From NCBI GenBank assembly GCA_963714755.1, contig CAVQPL010000001.1, positions 145,543 to 209,542 on the forward strand: a stretch of 64,000 nt of DNA, given 5' to 3'. Shown piece after piece: positions 9,230 through 19,042 of this stretch. Under the pieces are notes generated by a model. That model did no database searches. It saw only the letters and a program-made list of their open reading frames with translations, and was not told the DNA's origin. Both the position numbers and the translations under genes were made by a program. Position 1 is the first letter of the stretch. The number at the start of each line of letters is the position of its first letter. Source of the DNA: an uncultured beta proteobacterium. Lineage in GTDB: Bacteria > Pseudomonadota > Gammaproteobacteria > Burkholderiales > Burkholderiaceae_C.

Positions 9230-9576
9230 TGGCTGCCGTGCAGGTCGCGATCGACGATGCAGAAGTGGCCAACTGCGCCGGCGGCGAGTCGTTCGCATTG
9301 ATGGTGATGGGTTACAGCATGGCACCCGAGTTCAACGAGGGTGAGATCATCATCATCGAGCCCGAAGGTCTGGCACGCGACGGCTCCTTCGTACTGGCGC
9401 ACCACGAGGACGAATGGACTTTCCGCCAGTTGCTGGGTGAGCCCGGGCAATGGCGGCTGCACGCCTTGAATCCCGCGTTCGCGGACCAGGCACTTGCCGA
9501 CCTGTCGGCGGTGCGCGGCGTCATCATCCAGAAGGCGCTGCCGGGACGGCGGCGCGCGTCCAAACGCTACATCTGA
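9226..9576 (+). CDS. Stand-alone S24 (LexA/CI C-terminal) peptidase-like domain
   Basis: FALMVMGYSMAPEFNEGEIIIIEP...TFRQL...LHALNPAF. Confidence 0.8.
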   Translation: MMAAVQVAIDDAEVANCAGGESFALMVMGYSMAPEFNEGEIIIIEPEGLARDGSFVLAHHEDEWTFRQLLGEPGQWRLHALNPAFADQALADLSAVRGVIIQKALPGRRRASKRYI

Positions 9577-9592
9577 AGCAAGCTGGCTGCAC

Positions 9593-9613
9593 CAGCCTGA
9601 CACCGTCAGGCTG
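9593..9613. terminator. Hairpin between convergent operons
   Basis: CAGCCTGAC-ACC-GTCAGGCTG, perfect 9-bp stem; no U-tract. Confidence 0.4.
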
Positions 9614-9649
9614 AACCCAGATTTGCGGCGAGATGCCGGCGCGCCGCGA

Positions 9650-10120
9650 TCAGATGAACAGGCTGACGTCGGACTCGCCGGCGAACTTCATGAAGGTGGC
9701 TGCACCACCGAACTCGATGCCCTTGATGAAGTCGCTGTTCTTGTAATCGAAAAGATCCACGGTCATCTGGCAGGCAATGAATTTGACCTCCGACTCCACG
9801 CAGATGTCGCGCAGTTCCTGCAGCGAGGCCACGCCCTTGGATTTCATCTTGTTTTTCATCATCATGGAGGCCATCGACTCCATGCCGGGCAGCATCTGCA
9901 CGAAGACCGGCATCGGCACCGGCATCGGCATGGCCGGGTTGGCCAGCGGGCTGATCTTGACATCGCCCAGGTCGTGGCGCAGCAGCGACAGGCCGTAGAA
10001 GGTGAAAAAGATCTGCACCTCCCAGCCAAGTGCCGCGGCCGTCGACGCCAGAATGAAAGGCGGGTAGGCCATGTCGAGCGTACCCTTGGTGGCGATCAAC
10101 GCCATTTTCTTGCTTGCCAT
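9650..10120 (-). CDS. dsrE2: DsrE2-like sulfurtransferase
   Basis: ATKGTLDMAYPPFILASTAAA, FFTFYGL, ACQMTVDLF; downstream of tusA. Confidence 0.85.
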   Translation of the reverse strand: MASKKMALIATKGTLDMAYPPFILASTAAALGWEVQIFFTFYGLSLLRHDLGDVKISPLANPAMPMPVPMPVFVQMLPGMESMASMMMKNKMKSKGVASLQELRDICVESEVKFIACQMTVDLFDYKNSDFIKGIEFGGAATFMKFAGESDVSLFI

Positions 10121-10151
10121 GCTGTGCTCCGGCTAAGGTTGATGGGCGGAT

Positions 10152-10379
10152 TCAAGCCTTCTTGAGGTAGAACACGTATTTGGCGTCTTCGTTCGATTGC
10201 TCGAGCAGATCGTTACCGGTCTGTTCGGCAAAAGCGGCCATGTCGCAGACCGAGCCCGGGTCGGTGGCGATCACGCGCAACACCTGGCCCGAGGCCATGT
10301 CGGCTAATGCCTTCTTGGTCTTGACGATGGGCAGTGGGCAGGACAGGCCTGACGCGTCAAACTCTTTGCTGAATTCCAT
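10152..10379 (-). CDS. tusA: TusA sulfur carrier
   Basis: DASGLSCPLPIVKTKKAL...ATDPGS; GGAG RBS. Confidence 0.93.
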   Translation of the reverse strand: MEFSKEFDASGLSCPLPIVKTKKALADMASGQVLRVIATDPGSVCDMAAFAEQTGNDLLEQSNEDAKYVFYLKKA

Positions 10380-10457
10380 GTGGTGTCTCCAAAAAATGCT
10401 GAGGGCGCGAATCGCGGCCAACTATTGTCATTCTTTGGCGGCGCAGCCCTATCGTCT

Positions 10458-10498
10458 ATCACCGCGAAGGATGATGTGTTCTAGCCCATATGGGTAAT
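10458..10498. promoter_or_regulatory. Second pair of ATyACCC-N4-GGGTrAT-like boxes upstream of tusA
   Basis: ATCACCG-CGAA-GGATGAT (10458) and CTAGCCC-ATAT-GGGTAAT (10481), again 23 bp apart. Confidence 0.5.
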
Positions 10499-10572
10499 AA
10501 GGCGCATGGCCACCGCCAGCCACACACACCCGTGCTCAGTTGCATGCGCGGGACCAAAACGGACCGGCGCGG

Positions 10573-10800
10573 CTATTGCGGATCCTCGGGTTGCTCCCTT
10601 GTCTCTGGCGTGTCTGGTGGATCAGGCGCACGGGCGTCCAGGCCCCACTCCATCCAGTCGTCGCCGAAGAGCTCGGACGGATGAGGGGTGGCTAAGCTGC
10701 CGTTGCCGCACATCAGCGCGTCCGCGCGGCAGTATTTGTCACAAGCCCAGCAGATGCGCTCGGGATGCTTGGGATGTATCGGGAATTTTTTGGCCACCAT
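10573..10800 (-). CDS. DUF3079 family small Cys-rich protein
   Basis: AKKFPIHPKHPERICWACDKYC...CGNG...HPSELFGDDW. Confidence 0.85.
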   Translation of the reverse strand: MVAKKFPIHPKHPERICWACDKYCRADALMCGNGSLATPHPSELFGDDWMEWGLDARAPDPPDTPETREQPEDPQ

Positions 10801-10959
10801 GGACTTTCAGGTGAACGGTCGTGCGCATTATTGGGCTGACCTTCAGGAATATGCAACGGGGATGGACAGTTCTCGGTCGATCACGATAGTCACGGCCGGA
10901 TCGTCGCTGTGTCGGTGCTCGGTCTCGCCCGGCAATGCAAGCAGCGGGCCGGCGACCGC

Positions 10960-11245
10960 GATCAGCACCAGGTCATCAAAGAATCCGGATGTTCCCAGTC
11001 TACCTGCAGGACGCCGACGCTGAGCTCAGGCTCGATCCGGAATCGAGCACGCTGACCTCCTGCCCGATCCTGTATTGGCACGAACGCGGTGCCCATTTCG
11101 TCGTCAACAGGCTTGCGCCTGAATCCTTTCGGGGCGAGTTCTTCTACGATGACCGCCAGCATTTCGGTTGCAGCATCGAGCGCTTCGACGACTTGCGCCG
11201 CCGTGGTTTGATGCCGTTGCAGTCTCAGGCTGACCATGAGCGCCG
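10960..11245 (+). pseudogene. Frameshifted remnant of a conserved hypothetical protein
   Basis: Protein-like core MFPVYLQDADAELRL...CPILYWHERGAHFV...QADHER, with QVIKE just upstream in another frame; boundaries approximate. Confidence 0.5.
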
Positions 11246-11259
11246 CGGCCGTTGCCGCG

Positions 11260-11400
11260 GCACGGCGTGCCGGCGGTGCTGCACTGCGGTGACCTGATCG
11301 CTGCCACGACACTGCGCCTCTTGCTCGCGTTGGGTTTGCCGCTGCATCTGGTGCATGGCAACCACCTTGGTGAGCTCCGCGCCGCCCACCGTCTCGACCA
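11260..11400 (+). pseudogene. Metallophosphoesterase fragment
   Basis: AVLHCGDLI...LGLPLHLVHGNHLGE closely resembles AVVHCGDLI...GLPMHLIHGNNLGD of the intact gene at 18469-18981. Confidence 0.7.
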
Positions 11401-11451
11401 GTTTGTCGAGCTACTGAGGGTTCTCGAACGACTCGCCGGCATTGCCGAACG

Positions 11452-11649
11452 GCCGGCTGCCCCCAGTGCCTCGTTGGCGTCGGACTTGACACGGCTGGCG
11501 CCGTCGAGTTTTTCCTTTGACTCGCGCGCGTTCAGCCAGCAGGCGCCGCAGCAATTCCAGTCGGGAATCGGTGTGAGCTTGATGTCCAGCGTCTTGCACA
11601 TCGAGTTTGTCGAGGTCAGATAGTTGGCCGCCGATGCCTTGAGTTTGCA
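11452..11649 (-). pseudogene. hdrB: HdrB (CCG domain) fragment with internal deletion
   Basis: KASAANYLTSTNSMCKTLDIKLTPIPDWNCCGA fused directly to CWLNARE; no start, no C-terminal part. Confidence 0.65.
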
Positions 11650-11688
11650 CTGCAGATTCCCGGATTTTCGGCAGGCACGAAGTCCCAG

Positions 11689-12588
11689 CTATTTGCCAGG
11701 GTCAAGACGCTCCTTGGCGAAGGCGATGAACTTGCTGACGAGCTTTGAAGAGAATTTCTGCTTGCAATAGACCAGAGAGAGATTCCGGATCAGGCGCGGA
11801 GCGAGCGGCACGCCGCAGAGCAGGCCGAGCCGGGTCTCCTTGAGCACAGAGGCGCGCGACATGATGGCGAAGCCCCGGCCCGTGGCGACGACGCCTTTGA
11901 GTGCTTCCGGGCTGCCAAGCTCCATCACGGGCTGCAGGTTGCCGGTCGCGACGCCGAGCCCCCGCAGATGGCGGTCGCTCACCTCGCGCGTGCCGGAGCC
12001 GGGTTCGCGGCAGACATAGACATGGCGCGAGAGCAGATCCGGTGGCACTGAAGCCATGCGAGCGAGCGGGTGCGAAGGTGCGCAGACGACAAGCAGTTCG
12101 TCCTCGCAGACTACCTCGGTGATCAGGGCGGGCAGCATCGAGTCGCTTTCGATGAAGCCCAGGTCAAGGCTGTGCTCGGCGACCTGGTTCTGTACGGTTT
12201 CCGAATTCGACACCAGCATGCGCGGCAACACCTTGGGATGAAGCGCATTGAACTCACCGAGCACCTGGGGTAGCAGGTAATCGGCGATCGTCATGCTCGC
12301 CCCGATCAGCAGCGGACCGACCATCTGATCGGTCATGTCGCGCATGCGAACATCAAGTTCCGACGAAAGGCCGAGGATGCGCTCGGCATAGCCGTACACG
12401 ACCTGCCCGGCGTCGGTCAGCGAGATCTGCCCGTGACCGCGTTCGAACAGGCGCGCGTTGAAGTGCTCCTCGAGTTGGCGGATCTGAAACGTCACCGACG
12501 GCTGCGTCATGAACAATGCTTCCGCCGCCTTGGTGAAGGAAAGATGTCGCGCAACCGCGAAAAAAACCTGGAGTCTCCGGTCTGCCAT
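11689..12588 (-). CDS. LysR regulator (CysL/CmpR-like), divergent from sat
   Basis: [41 protein letters not shown]. Confidence 0.92.
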   Translation of the reverse strand: MADRRLQVFFAVARHLSFTKAAEALFMTQPSVTFQIRQLEEHFNARLFERGHGQISLTDAGQVVYGYAERILGLSSELDVRMRDMTDQMVGPLLIGASMTIADYLLPQVLGEFNALHPKVLPRMLVSNSETVQNQVAEHSLDLGFIESDSMLPALITEVVCEDELLVVCAPSHPLARMASVPPDLLSRHVYVCREPGSGTREVSDRHLRGLGVATGNLQPVMELGSPEALKGVVATGRGFAIMSRASVLKETRLGLLCGVPLAPRLIRNLSLVYCKQKFSSKLVSKFIAFAKERLDPGK

Positions 12589-12652
12589 GGTGATGCGTAT
12601 TATTATCGGCAACGCGAACTGCGTTCCAGCTACTTCACAAAAGGCGCTACCA

Positions 12653-13828
12653 ATGTCAAGCCTCGTCAAACCTCACGGCGCGCAAGCGTTGATGCCACGC
12701 ATGCTCCAGGGCAATGCCCTCACCGCAGCGCGTGCGCGCGCCGCCACGCTCCCGGCCCTGAGTATCAGCTCGCGAGAAAAAGGCGACCTGATCATGCTTG
12801 GCATCGGCGGCTTCACGCCGCTTGAAGGATTCATGACGCAAGCGGACTGGCAGGGAGTGTGCGAGCGCTGTTGCACTGCGTCTGGGTTGTTCTGGCCGAT
12901 TCCGATCACGTTGTCGGCCGACCCTGCGCGTGCGGAGTCGATTCAGGTCGGCGACGAGATCGCGTTGCTCGATCCAGAAGACTCGGCGCCGCTGGCCATC
13001 ATGAAGGTGAGCGAAAAATACACGATCGACAAGGCACACGAATGCGAGTCGGTGTTCCGCACCGTTGACCCCAAGCATCCCGGTGTGCAGATGGTGATGG
13101 AGCAGCCCGGGATCAATCTGGCAGGCCCGGTGCAGGTGCTTTCAGATGGCGGATTCAAGGCGAAGTACGGGGCGCTGTTCATGACCCCGGCCGAGACCCG
13201 TGCCGAGTTCGAACGCCTGGGCTGGTCGCGTGTCGCGGCGTTCCAGACCCGCAACCCGATGCACCGCTCGCACGAATACCTGGCCAAGGTGGCGATCGAG
13301 GTCTGTGACGGTGTGCTGATCCATTCGCTGCTCGGCAATCTGAAGCCCGGCGACATTCCCGCGGAGGTGCGCACGCGCGCGATCTCGGTGCTGATCGAGA
13401 AATACTTCCGCGAAGGCACCGTGGTGCAGGCGGGCTACCCGCTGGACATGCGCTACGCGGGCCCGCGCGAGGCGCTGTTGCACGCGGTTTTTCGTCAGAA
13501 CTACGGTTGCTCGCACCAGATACTCGGGCGCGACCACGCGGGCGTGGGCAGCTATTACGGTCCGTTCGACTCGCACCACATCTTCGATGGGGTTCCCGAG
13601 GGCGCGTTCGAGACGCGCCCGCTCAAGATGGACGTTGCCTTCTGGTGCTATCAATGCCAGGGCATGGCCTCCGCACGCACCTGTGTGCACAGCGATGCCG
13701 ACCGTCTTCAGGTCTCGGGCACGCAACTGCGCAAGTGGCTGGGCGAGGGAAGCCCGGTACCGCCAGAATTCTCGCGACCCGAGGTGCTCGAGATCCTGCG
13801 CGCCTATTACGCGACCCTGGAGACCTAG
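12653..13828 (+). CDS. sat: Sulfate adenylyltransferase
   Basis: [28 protein letters not shown], Zn motif CYQC...TCVH. Confidence 0.96.
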   Translation: MSSLVKPHGAQALMPRMLQGNALTAARARAATLPALSISSREKGDLIMLGIGGFTPLEGFMTQADWQGVCERCCTASGLFWPIPITLSADPARAESIQVGDEIALLDPEDSAPLAIMKVSEKYTIDKAHECESVFRTVDPKHPGVQMVMEQPGINLAGPVQVLSDGGFKAKYGALFMTPAETRAEFERLGWSRVAAFQTRNPMHRSHEYLAKVAIEVCDGVLIHSLLGNLKPGDIPAEVRTRAISVLIEKYFREGTVVQAGYPLDMRYAGPREALLHAVFRQNYGCSHQILGRDHAGVGSYYGPFDSHHIFDGVPEGAFETRPLKMDVAFWCYQCQGMASARTCVHSDADRLQVSGTQLRKWLGEGSPVPPEFSRPEVLEILRAYYATLET

Positions 13829-13923
13829 CAGGCCGGTCACGCGCCTGAGCGGTGCGGCAGCGCGCCGGGCCGCCCGACGCAGTAGTTATCCAGCCGGCGA
13901 TTGCCAAGCCGGGCAGCAGCCTC

Positions 13924-14085
13924 CTAGGGCTTTTTCGGCGTCTTGTACTCGGCTTCCTTCTGGAACTGCTTCCAGACCGTCTCGTAGCCCACAAATCCCT
14001 TTTCGTTTGGCGCCATCTGACGCGTTGTAAAAAAAGGCGTAAGGCCGTCAGGAACTTTGGCGTTGTTGGGTTTTTGCTCGCTCAT
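13924..14085 (-). CDS. 53-aa small protein at the end of the apr operon (not in ORF track)
   Basis: MSEQKPNNAKVPDGLTPFFTTRQMAPNEKGFVGYETVWKQFQKEAEYKTPKKP*; AAAGG upstream. Confidence 0.65.
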   Translation of the reverse strand: MSEQKPNNAKVPDGLTPFFTTRQMAPNEKGFVGYETVWKQFQKEAEYKTPKKP

Positions 14086-14167
14086 AGGTCAGCCTTTGCA
14101 GTGAATTCAGGATTGCCGGTGCAAGTAGCCAAGGACAGATTCTTCCGATGCCATGCAACACCGCTGG

Positions 14168-14677
14168 TCAAACGGATCTCATGAGTGACGGGTCGATGGC
14201 CACGTCCGCAACCTTGGCCTCGCCCATGCTTGTCTCTTCGTCAGTGGCATCGCGCACGGTGAGTATCTCGAGCGTGAAGACGACCGCTCTGCCGCAAAGC
14301 GGATTGTTGCCATCGACCGTCAGCTTCTCGTCGTCCATCTGCGTCACGAGAAAGCTGCGGGTCTGGCCGTTGTCGTTTTCCATGAGGATGGAGCGGCCGA
14401 CTTGCCGATACTCCTCGGGGACGTTCTCAAGGAGATCGGTAAAAACCAGCGACTCGTCTCTGGGGCCGAAGATCTGATTGCCATCGATCGGCACTTCGAT
14501 CACGTCACCCACGGACTTGCCCTTGAGTTCCTCATGCACCGATGGGGCCAGGATTTCATTGTGGCCGTGCACATAGCCCAACGGGAATTCGACCCGGGTG
14601 AGGACATGCCCCGACTTCTTGTCGGTCACCTTGTAGGTCAGTTCGACAAATTTGCCGTCTTGGATGGTTTCACTCAT
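14168..14677 (-). CDS. FKBP/SlyD-type peptidyl-prolyl isomerase
   Basis: PLGYVHG, LKGKSVGD, FGPRDE, VDGNNPLCG; no His-rich tail. Confidence 0.88.
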   Translation of the reverse strand: MSETIQDGKFVELTYKVTDKKSGHVLTRVEFPLGYVHGHNEILAPSVHEELKGKSVGDVIEVPIDGNQIFGPRDESLVFTDLLENVPEEYRQVGRSILMENDNGQTRSFLVTQMDDEKLTVDGNNPLCGRAVVFTLEILTVRDATDEETSMGEAKVADVAIDPSLMRSV

Positions 14678-14697
14678 GTCGGATCGGAACGAATTGC

Positions 14698-15105
14698 TCA
14701 GAAGATGGACGCGCCAAAGATCTTGAGCTGTCCATCCTCATAGCCCAGGACCAGTCGGCCAAGCCATTCGCCTGGTTTCTTGGTGCTGCGTTGACGGTAA
14801 AGAACCGTCACATGTTCACCCCGGCGGATGATGCCGAGATAGTCGAGGTCTGCAGTCAGGCTTCTCGCCAGTTCACTGTTGGCAAACTGGTGGCCCGCCT
14901 CGACCTGATTCATGGCAAGCGCCAGGGAAGTGGAGAAGTTTCTGACGAAATCTCCGTACTTGCCTTCGTTCGAATGCTTGACGAGGTCGCGCCACAGGGG
15001 ATCGGCAACAGTCCGAATTTCTTCATCGGTCTTTTCGATGATATTGAATTGCGTCTCTGCGCGACCGGGGCAAGCCGGTTCAATGGGAGTCACGACAGAC
15101 GACAT
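14698..15105 (-). CDS. Hypothetical protein downstream of aprA
   Basis: 135 aa, AGAGGA RBS, co-oriented with aprBA. Confidence 0.75.
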   Translation of the reverse strand: MSSVVTPIEPACPGRAETQFNIIEKTDEEIRTVADPLWRDLVKHSNEGKYGDFVRNFSTSLALAMNQVEAGHQFANSELARSLTADLDYLGIIRRGEHVTVLYRQRSTKKPGEWLGRLVLGYEDGQLKIFGASIF

Positions 15106-15162
15106 GCAGATTCCTCTTGCGTCAGGCAGGCGATCGACGCGGGCCGCTGCCCGGGAGTCTTG

Positions 15163-17031
15163 TTACTCGTCATCCGAGACCAGGTGATAACAAGGTGCCT
15201 TCTCCATGGTGTATTCGCCTGTTTTCGGATCGCGACGCGACACAGTCAGCACGTGCCAGTTTTCGTCGTCCAGCTTCATGGCGTCGCCTCGGTAGTAGTA
15301 ACCCGGCCAACGGGTTTCCTTGCGGAACAGGGTGTGCTGGGTTACGCACTCTGCAGCACGATGACGGTGCATCAATTCCCAAGCACGCAGCAATTCGTGA
15401 ATATCCTCGGCGGCCAGACTCTGAAGGTCCTCCTCCATGATCTCGAGTTTCTTGAGACCGATATTGAGCAGCTTCTCGTTGGTCATGTAGCTGACGGTGA
15501 CGCCGCCGCAATACTCGTCCATCAGCTTCTGCAGTCGCTCCAGGCCCTGCTTGGGATTGATGTAGTGCGGATTGACAGAGCCCGCCACGATCGCATTGCG
15601 GTAGGTCTTGTAGTGCTCCATGGGCTTGTAGATCTCGCTCCTGCGGCGGTTGATCTGCTCATCGGACACGACAATGCCTTCGGCCTTTCCGTCGTCGATG
15701 TATTGGCAGGCCGCTTTTGCGGCGAGACGACCTTCGGTGAACGAGCCGGACGAGAAGGCGTGCGGCGTGCCGCCGACCGCGTCACCGGCACCGAACAGGC
15801 CCTCGATCGTCGTCATGCGGTTATAGCCCCAGAAATACTCGGGCGGCGAGACGTCTTCGGGGCCCGAGCACCAGGCCCCCGAGCCAGTCGCGTGGGAGCC
15901 CATGACGTAGGGCTCGGATGTGGTCAGCTCTGGATTCTCGTTCTTGGGGTCCACGTCGGTGGCGGCCCACAGAACCGCCTGGCCGACAGTCATGCCGAGG
16001 AAGTTCTCCCAGCCGACTTCTTCCAGATGGGGGTCCTGGAAGGCCTTCATGGTCACCATGTGAATCGGGCCGCGGCCGGCATTGACTTCGCTGATGATCG
16101 CATGGTTGCGCAAACAGGTCGGGATCGGCCGATGGGTCAGGTGCGAGGCTTCCGGATCGAGATATTCCTTGCCGACCATCTTCTGCAGATCGGGGAACCA
16201 CTTGGATTCGTATTCTTCGCCCAGACCGTTTTGCGTATAGGTCTTCAGGTGCAGGAAATAAGCGCCGACCGGGCCATATCCATCCTTGAAACGCGCCAGC
16301 ACGATGCGATTTTCCATCTGCGTCATCTTGGCGCCGGCATCGATCAACAGCCCATAGGCAGACGCGGAAGACCAGGGGGCATACCAGGTGCGACCGGAAC
16401 CTTCGCCCACGGAACGCGGCTTGAAGATGTTGGATGCGCCGCCCGCGCTGCAGATCACGGCCTTGGACTTGAAGACGTGGTAGTTGCCAGTGCGGACGTT
16501 GAAACCAACAGCACCGGCAATCCGGTTCTCCTTGTTGTCGTCCATCAGCAGGTGGGTGACGCAGATGCGGTTGAATACCTTGTCCGCCGATTTCTTGGCG
16601 GCCTCGGCCACGATGGGCTTGTAGGACTCGCCGTGAATCATGATCTGCCATCGCCCTTCACGCATGTAGCGCCCGGTCTTCGGGTCCTTCATGATGGGCA
16701 GGCCCCACTCCTCGAACTGATGCACCGTGGAGTCGACGTGACGTGCCATATCGAACAGCAGGTCTTCCCGCACCATGCCCATCAGGTCGATGCGGGCGTA
16801 ACGGACATGGTCCTCCGGCTTGTTCTCGCCCCAGCGGGTGCCCATATAGCAGTTGATGGCGTACAGGCCCTGGGCGACGGCACCAGAGCGATCGATATTG
16901 GCCTTCTCGGCAATGACGATCTTCTTGTCCTGACCCCAGAATCTGGCTTCCCATGCGGCACCCGTGCCGCCCAGGCCTGCGCCGACGACCAGAATGTCGA
17001 TGCCGTCTTCGACGATCGTTTCGTAAGCCAT
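15163..17031 (-). CDS. aprA: APS reductase alpha subunit
   Basis: VVGAGLGG, RSGAVAQGLYAINCY, WQIMIHGESYK, HAFSSGS, ETRWPGYY. Confidence 0.97.
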   Translation of the reverse strand: MAYETIVEDGIDILVVGAGLGGTGAAWEARFWGQDKKIVIAEKANIDRSGAVAQGLYAINCYMGTRWGENKPEDHVRYARIDLMGMVREDLLFDMARHVDSTVHQFEEWGLPIMKDPKTGRYMREGRWQIMIHGESYKPIVAEAAKKSADKVFNRICVTHLLMDDNKENRIAGAVGFNVRTGNYHVFKSKAVICSAGGASNIFKPRSVGEGSGRTWYAPWSSASAYGLLIDAGAKMTQMENRIVLARFKDGYGPVGAYFLHLKTYTQNGLGEEYESKWFPDLQKMVGKEYLDPEASHLTHRPIPTCLRNHAIISEVNAGRGPIHMVTMKAFQDPHLEEVGWENFLGMTVGQAVLWAATDVDPKNENPELTTSEPYVMGSHATGSGAWCSGPEDVSPPEYFWGYNRMTTIEGLFGAGDAVGGTPHAFSSGSFTEGRLAAKAACQYIDDGKAEGIVVSDEQINRRRSEIYKPMEHYKTYRNAIVAGSVNPHYINPKQGLERLQKLMDEYCGGVTVSYMTNEKLLNIGLKKLEIMEEDLQSLAAEDIHELLRAWELMHRHRAAECVTQHTLFRKETRWPGYYYRGDAMKLDDENWHVLTVSRRDPKTGEYTMEKAPCYHLVSDDE

Positions 17032-17510
17032 CAGTAGTACACACCTTTCTTCAATTTGAGACCAGCGGACTCAAGCGTATGCAGATCGCCGTCATCCATG
17101 CGGAGGTATTTCGGCTCGCTGAACAACAGATGGCTGTCGCGCATCTCCTTGCTGGGTCCGGGAACATCGGCGAGCTTGGGGATCGCCGTTCCCCAGGGCT
17201 TGGTGGTGATGGGCGACAGGAAGTTCTTTTCCGTACCGTTACGGAACTTGATTCTCCAGGCGATCGTGCCTTTCTGTTCGTCGCGCTGGACACGCACGCT
17301 GTGACCGAGCGGGGCAAAGTCGGCATATCCGCGCACGTCGATTGCATTCTGCGGGCAAGCCTTGACGCAGGAGTAGCACTCCCAGCACATGTTTGGCTCG
17401 ATGTTGTAGGCACGCCGATAGGTCTTGTCGATGTGCATGATGTCGGACGGACAGATGTCGACGCAGTGTCCACATCCATCGCACCTTGTCATATAGACGA
17501 AGGTAGGCAT
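17031..17510 (-). CDS. aprB: APS reductase beta subunit
   Basis: MPTFVYMTRCDGCGHCVDICP, CWECYSCVKACP. Confidence 0.97.
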   Translation of the reverse strand: MPTFVYMTRCDGCGHCVDICPSDIMHIDKTYRRAYNIEPNMCWECYSCVKACPQNAIDVRGYADFAPLGHSVRVQRDEQKGTIAWRIKFRNGTEKNFLSPITTKPWGTAIPKLADVPGPSKEMRDSHLLFSEPKYLRMDDGDLHTLESAGLKLKKGVYY

Positions 17511-17560
17511 TGTTCCGGCTCCTTATCTAATCCAGTAATACTTGCGGGCTACTTGTCAAT

Positions 17561-18400
17561 TCAATAGTGGCGTGGCGCTTCGCGCTTGATGCCCAGCCCC
17601 ATGTCCATCGGAGCGTCGCGCAGCAGTTCCATGGAATGCTTTTTCCGTTGCTCGGGATCGTCACGGGTTTGCGTCGGCAAATTGTCGGCGGCGCCGGTGG
17701 CCTTGGATACTCTCTTCTCGAAGGCCGCCGCAGGCTTGAAGAACATGTGGGCGAACTTGGACCACGGCACTCCGGCGAACAGAACGGTCGTGGCGACGAT
17801 GTAAAGGCCGAAGAACACGCTCGCCCCCGCGCTGGCAGTCGTTTGCAGCACGGCCCAGATCAGGCCCAGCGTCACGCTGGCCAGCAGCGAGAGCACGAAC
17901 AGGTCGGCGCGCATGAGGCGCAATGGCGTGCCGCCCTCGGCAGCGACGTCGACCCGGATGAAGAACCAGAACCAGTAGCCGCCCACGCAGACCATCAGGG
18001 CGCCGATCCACCAGAGTAGCGCCAGGATGGCCGGCGTCGGTGTTGCGGGCGTCGGGAAGCCGAACACCATGACCACGGTGGCGGCGAGGTAGATCACGAA
18101 CCCGTACATGGTCAGCAGATGGGCGACGCGTCGCCGCGGGTTGCAGAATTCGCCAGAGGTCATCACGTCTACCACGCCGGTCTTGATCGCAATCGATACC
18201 AGCTCGCCACTGTCGATCTGCCGATCCCCCTTGTCTTTCGACTTGCGCCAACGCTCTGAAAAGTACTTGGCGCTACCCTTGTGCACGACGTCGAACAGCG
18301 TCCCTGCCACGACCAGGATGATCATGACGACGACGTAGGCCTGCACAAGGGCAGGCGGCATGGATGCCGAAATTTCCGCGAACGGGTTGCTGGTTAACAT
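17561..18400 (-). CDS. aprM: AprM membrane anchor
   Basis: Multi-TM; HKGSAKYF, RRVAHLLTMYG, WSKFAHMFFKP; upstream of aprB. Confidence 0.92.
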   Translation of the reverse strand: MLTSNPFAEISASMPPALVQAYVVVMIILVVAGTLFDVVHKGSAKYFSERWRKSKDKGDRQIDSGELVSIAIKTGVVDVMTSGEFCNPRRRVAHLLTMYGFVIYLAATVVMVFGFPTPATPTPAILALLWWIGALMVCVGGYWFWFFIRVDVAAEGGTPLRLMRADLFVLSLLASVTLGLIWAVLQTTASAGASVFFGLYIVATTVLFAGVPWSKFAHMFFKPAAAFEKRVSKATGAADNLPTQTRDDPEQRKKHSMELLRDAPMDMGLGIKREAPRHY

Positions 18401-18468
18401 CTTTGCGTCTCCTCGCAAGCGATTCTATGGGCGGAAAACATCAGTCCTGCATGAAAATGACTATGCGG

Positions 18469-18981
18469 CTATAGACTGAGTGTATGCAGGTCGAAGCGCA
18501 TCGCCTGGAGGTCGGCGAGCACCCAGGTCGGCGGTGCCGCGAGCGCGGCGATGGTTCCGGGATTGACCAGCCAACTGCTGCTCCCGCGGACGTTCGCTAC
18601 CTGGCGGATCTCCGCCTCGTGCGAATGCCCGCAGCAGACCAGTTCCCAGTCGCCGGTGCAGGCCATGGCATAGCCGTAGTCTGGGTAGTGCACCAGAAAG
18701 ACCTTGCGCCCGCCCAGATCGAGTCGCGCATCGGCGCCGTGGTACTGGAGCAGGCCGCCACTGTCGCGCGCCAGCCTGTGCAAGGTCACCGAATCACCGA
18801 GGTTGTTGCCGTGGATCAGATGCATGGGTAGCCCGGCGTTCATTGCACCGTGCAAGGTATGCCCGCCGATGAGATCGCCGCAATGCACGACCGCCTCGGC
18901 GCCCAGGGTTTTCGCCTCGTGCACGGACCGCGCGAGCGCATCGGCACGGTCGTGGCTGTCCGAGACGATGCAGATTTTCAT
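18469..18981 (-). CDS. YfcE/MJ0936-type metallophosphoesterase
   Basis: SDSHD, HCGD, HGNN, GHSH, NPG motifs. Confidence 0.9.
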   Translation of the reverse strand: MKICIVSDSHDRADALARSVHEAKTLGAEAVVHCGDLIGGHTLHGAMNAGLPMHLIHGNNLGDSVTLHRLARDSGGLLQYHGADARLDLGGRKVFLVHYPDYGYAMACTGDWELVCCGHSHEAEIRQVANVRGSSSWLVNPGTIAALAAPPTWVLADLQAMRFDLHTLSL

Positions 18982-19042
18982 GCGCGCATCTTAGTGCAGC
19001 GCGGACAGGCGCCGCCTGTGGCGACACAAGTTGCCTGGCCTG

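Noticed and set aside
14791-17037. 748-aa plus-strand ORF
   Set aside because: Antisense shadow of aprA caused by high-GC codon bias; no motifs.
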